A stretch of DNA of 44,112 nucleotides, taken from the NCBI GenBank assembly GCA_009924525.1, contig RFRK01000001.1:1-44112 (forward strand), given 5' to 3'. The DNA comes from Betaproteobacteria bacterium (GTDB taxonomy: Bacteria > Pseudomonadota > Gammaproteobacteria > Burkholderiales > Burkholderiaceae_A). The position numbers were made by a program, and so were the translations under genes. Positions 42,776-44,112 of this stretch are shown piece after piece. Under the pieces are notes generated by a model. The model was given only the letters and a program-made list of their open reading frames with translations. It was not told the origin of the DNA and searched no databases. Each line of letters begins with the position of its first letter. Position 1 is the first letter of the stretch.

Positions 42776-43884
42776 CCCGGGTCCGTATTTGCTTGACTGT
42801 TGTTTTGATCGCAGGTGCTGCCGCATTAGTCGGCTGCACCAGTGTGATGAAAAATGAAGTGGACTATAAGTCTGCCACCAAGGTAAAGCCTCTCGAGGTT
42901 CCACCGGATTTGGTTGCGCCGAGTCGTGATGATCGTTTCGCAGTATCGGCCTCTGGCAGTGCAAGCCGTGCCGAATTTGATCGCAGCCGCTCGGATCCGC
43001 GGCGCACTGACCAGCCGGTATTGCCCGCGCCCTCGGGCATGCGCATTGAGCGGCAGGGAGATCAGCGGATTTTAGTGGTGGAGCAGTCCGCAGAGCGGCT
43101 CTGGCCGATCGTGCGTCAATTCTGGCTGGATAACGGATTTGCGTTGGCGGTGGAAAATCCAGAGACCGGCTTTCTGGAGACCGAATGGGCCGAGAACCGT
43201 GCCAAGATTCCAGAGGACGTCATTCGGCGTACGCTCGGCAAGGTCTTTGACCGGGTCTACGATACCGGTGAGCGAGATAAATTTCGCACCCGTATCGATC
43301 GGGTTGCCGAGAATCGCACTGAAATCGTCATCAGCCATCGGGGTGTGATGGAGGTCGTGACTTCCGCGGTGGTGACCATTCAGAGCACTTGGACTAACCG
43401 CCCCGCGGATCGCGAACTCGAGGCAGAGTTCATGCGCAGGCTCATGCTCCGTCTGGGGGCCGATCAGACTCGCGCCCAGGCCTTGCTGATGCAGACTGCT
43501 ACCACTGTCGCAAAAGCACAGCTTGTGAAAGCAGGTGAGACCTCGGTGATTGATATCGCCGAACCATTCGATCGTGCATGGCGCCGAGTCGGTGTTGCGA
43601 TTGATCGGCTTGGCTTCACAGTCGAGGATCGTGATCGCAACAAGGGCTTATTCTTCGTTCGCTATCGTGATCCCACCGTTGAACAGCAGCGCGATAAGCC
43701 GGGATTTTTCTCCCGGATGTTCTCCACTGCCAAGCCCTCGGAGTCGGTAGAGCAGTATCGGCTGTTGGTGGCCGCAAACGGCCAAGACGCAGTGCGCATC
43801 TCGGTGCAAGATAAAAACGGAAAACCCGTTGCGGATACTAATGCCCGACGTATGCTTAGCCTGTTGTTTGAACAACTGAAGTAG
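42772..43884 (+). CDS. bamC: outer membrane protein assembly lipoprotein BamC
   Basis: Start moved to ATG 42772 (ATGA overlap with dapA). Signal peptide with lipobox [22 protein letters not shown] and FDRAWRRVG. The dapA-bamC order matches known synteny. Confidence 0.9.
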   Translation: MTRVRICLTVVLIAGAAALVGCTSVMKNEVDYKSATKVKPLEVPPDLVAPSRDDRFAVSASGSASRAEFDRSRSDPRRTDQPVLPAPSGMRIERQGDQRILVVEQSAERLWPIVRQFWLDNGFALAVENPETGFLETEWAENRAKIPEDVIRRTLGKVFDRVYDTGERDKFRTRIDRVAENRTEIVISHRGVMEVVTSAVVTIQSTWTNRPADRELEAEFMRRLMLRLGADQTRAQALLMQTATTVAKAQLVKAGETSVIDIAEPFDRAWRRVGVAIDRLGFTVEDRDRNKGLFFVRYRDPTVEQQRDKPGFFSRMFSTAKPSESVEQYRLLVAANGQDAVRISVQDKNGKPVADTNARRMLSLLFEQLK

Positions 43885-44112
43885 TTGCGATTTACCAGCC
43901 TCTCCAGTGGCAGCGGCGGCAACGCCCTGGTGATTGAGTCCCTCTCTGAGGGTCTGGATCCGACACGGCTTTTGATCGATTGCGGGCTAGGTTTGAAAGA
44001 GGTCGCCCGAAGGCTTGAGACAAGGGGGCTGCTGCCCGCAGACCTGGATGCGATTTTTGTCACGCATGAGCATCAGGATCATATTGATGGCACCGCGCGA
44101 CTAGCCCGCTCT
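43885..44112 (+). CDS. MBL-fold metallo-hydrolase (YycJ/WalJ-like), truncated at the window edge
   Basis: Not in the ORF track. TTG start gives MRFTSLSSGSGGNALVI...LLIDCG...IFVTHEHQDH (HxHxDH motif). Confidence 0.9.
   Translation, partial: MRFTSLSSGSGGNALVIESLSEGLDPTRLLIDCGLGLKEVARRLETRGLLPADLDAIFVTHEHQDHIDGTARLARS

Overview
Gene-dense chromosomal segment of a betaproteobacterium, probably Burkholderiales (inferred from protein style and gene order). It is almost entirely housekeeping. The left edge has a truncated malonyl-CoA decarboxylase (absent from the ORF track) and a patatin-like hydrolase on the minus strand. A ~20 kb plus-strand run follows: unknown membrane protein, gltX, aroC, MFS, leuCDB, asd, truA, trpFBA, accD, folC, dedD, cvpA, purF, metZ and an FrhB-family protein that looks like the bacteriochlorophyll 8-vinyl reductase BciB. 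Next is a minus-strand lexA-imuA-imuB-dnaE2 mutasome cassette whose SOS box overlaps a sigma70-like -10 element. Then come a SLAC1/TehA channel, a tight minus-strand etfD-HNH-class II aldolase-tautomerase-leuE run, scoAB, pyrG-kdsA-eno-ftsB, hslO, gamma-CA, PHP, trpS, dapA, bamC and a truncated MBL hydrolase. I saw no tRNA, rRNA, CRISPR array, IS element, prophage or pseudogene, and the intergenic gaps (at most ~115 nt) leave little room for them. I cannot support a clearly new biological system here. The best leads are the orphan bciB-like gene (suggesting a phototrophic host), the unassigned 310-aa membrane protein, the mixed etfD/HNH/aldolase/tautomerase operon and a recurring -10-box-next-to-ATG pattern (possibly leaderless transcripts). 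All family calls are from motif recognition, not database searches.
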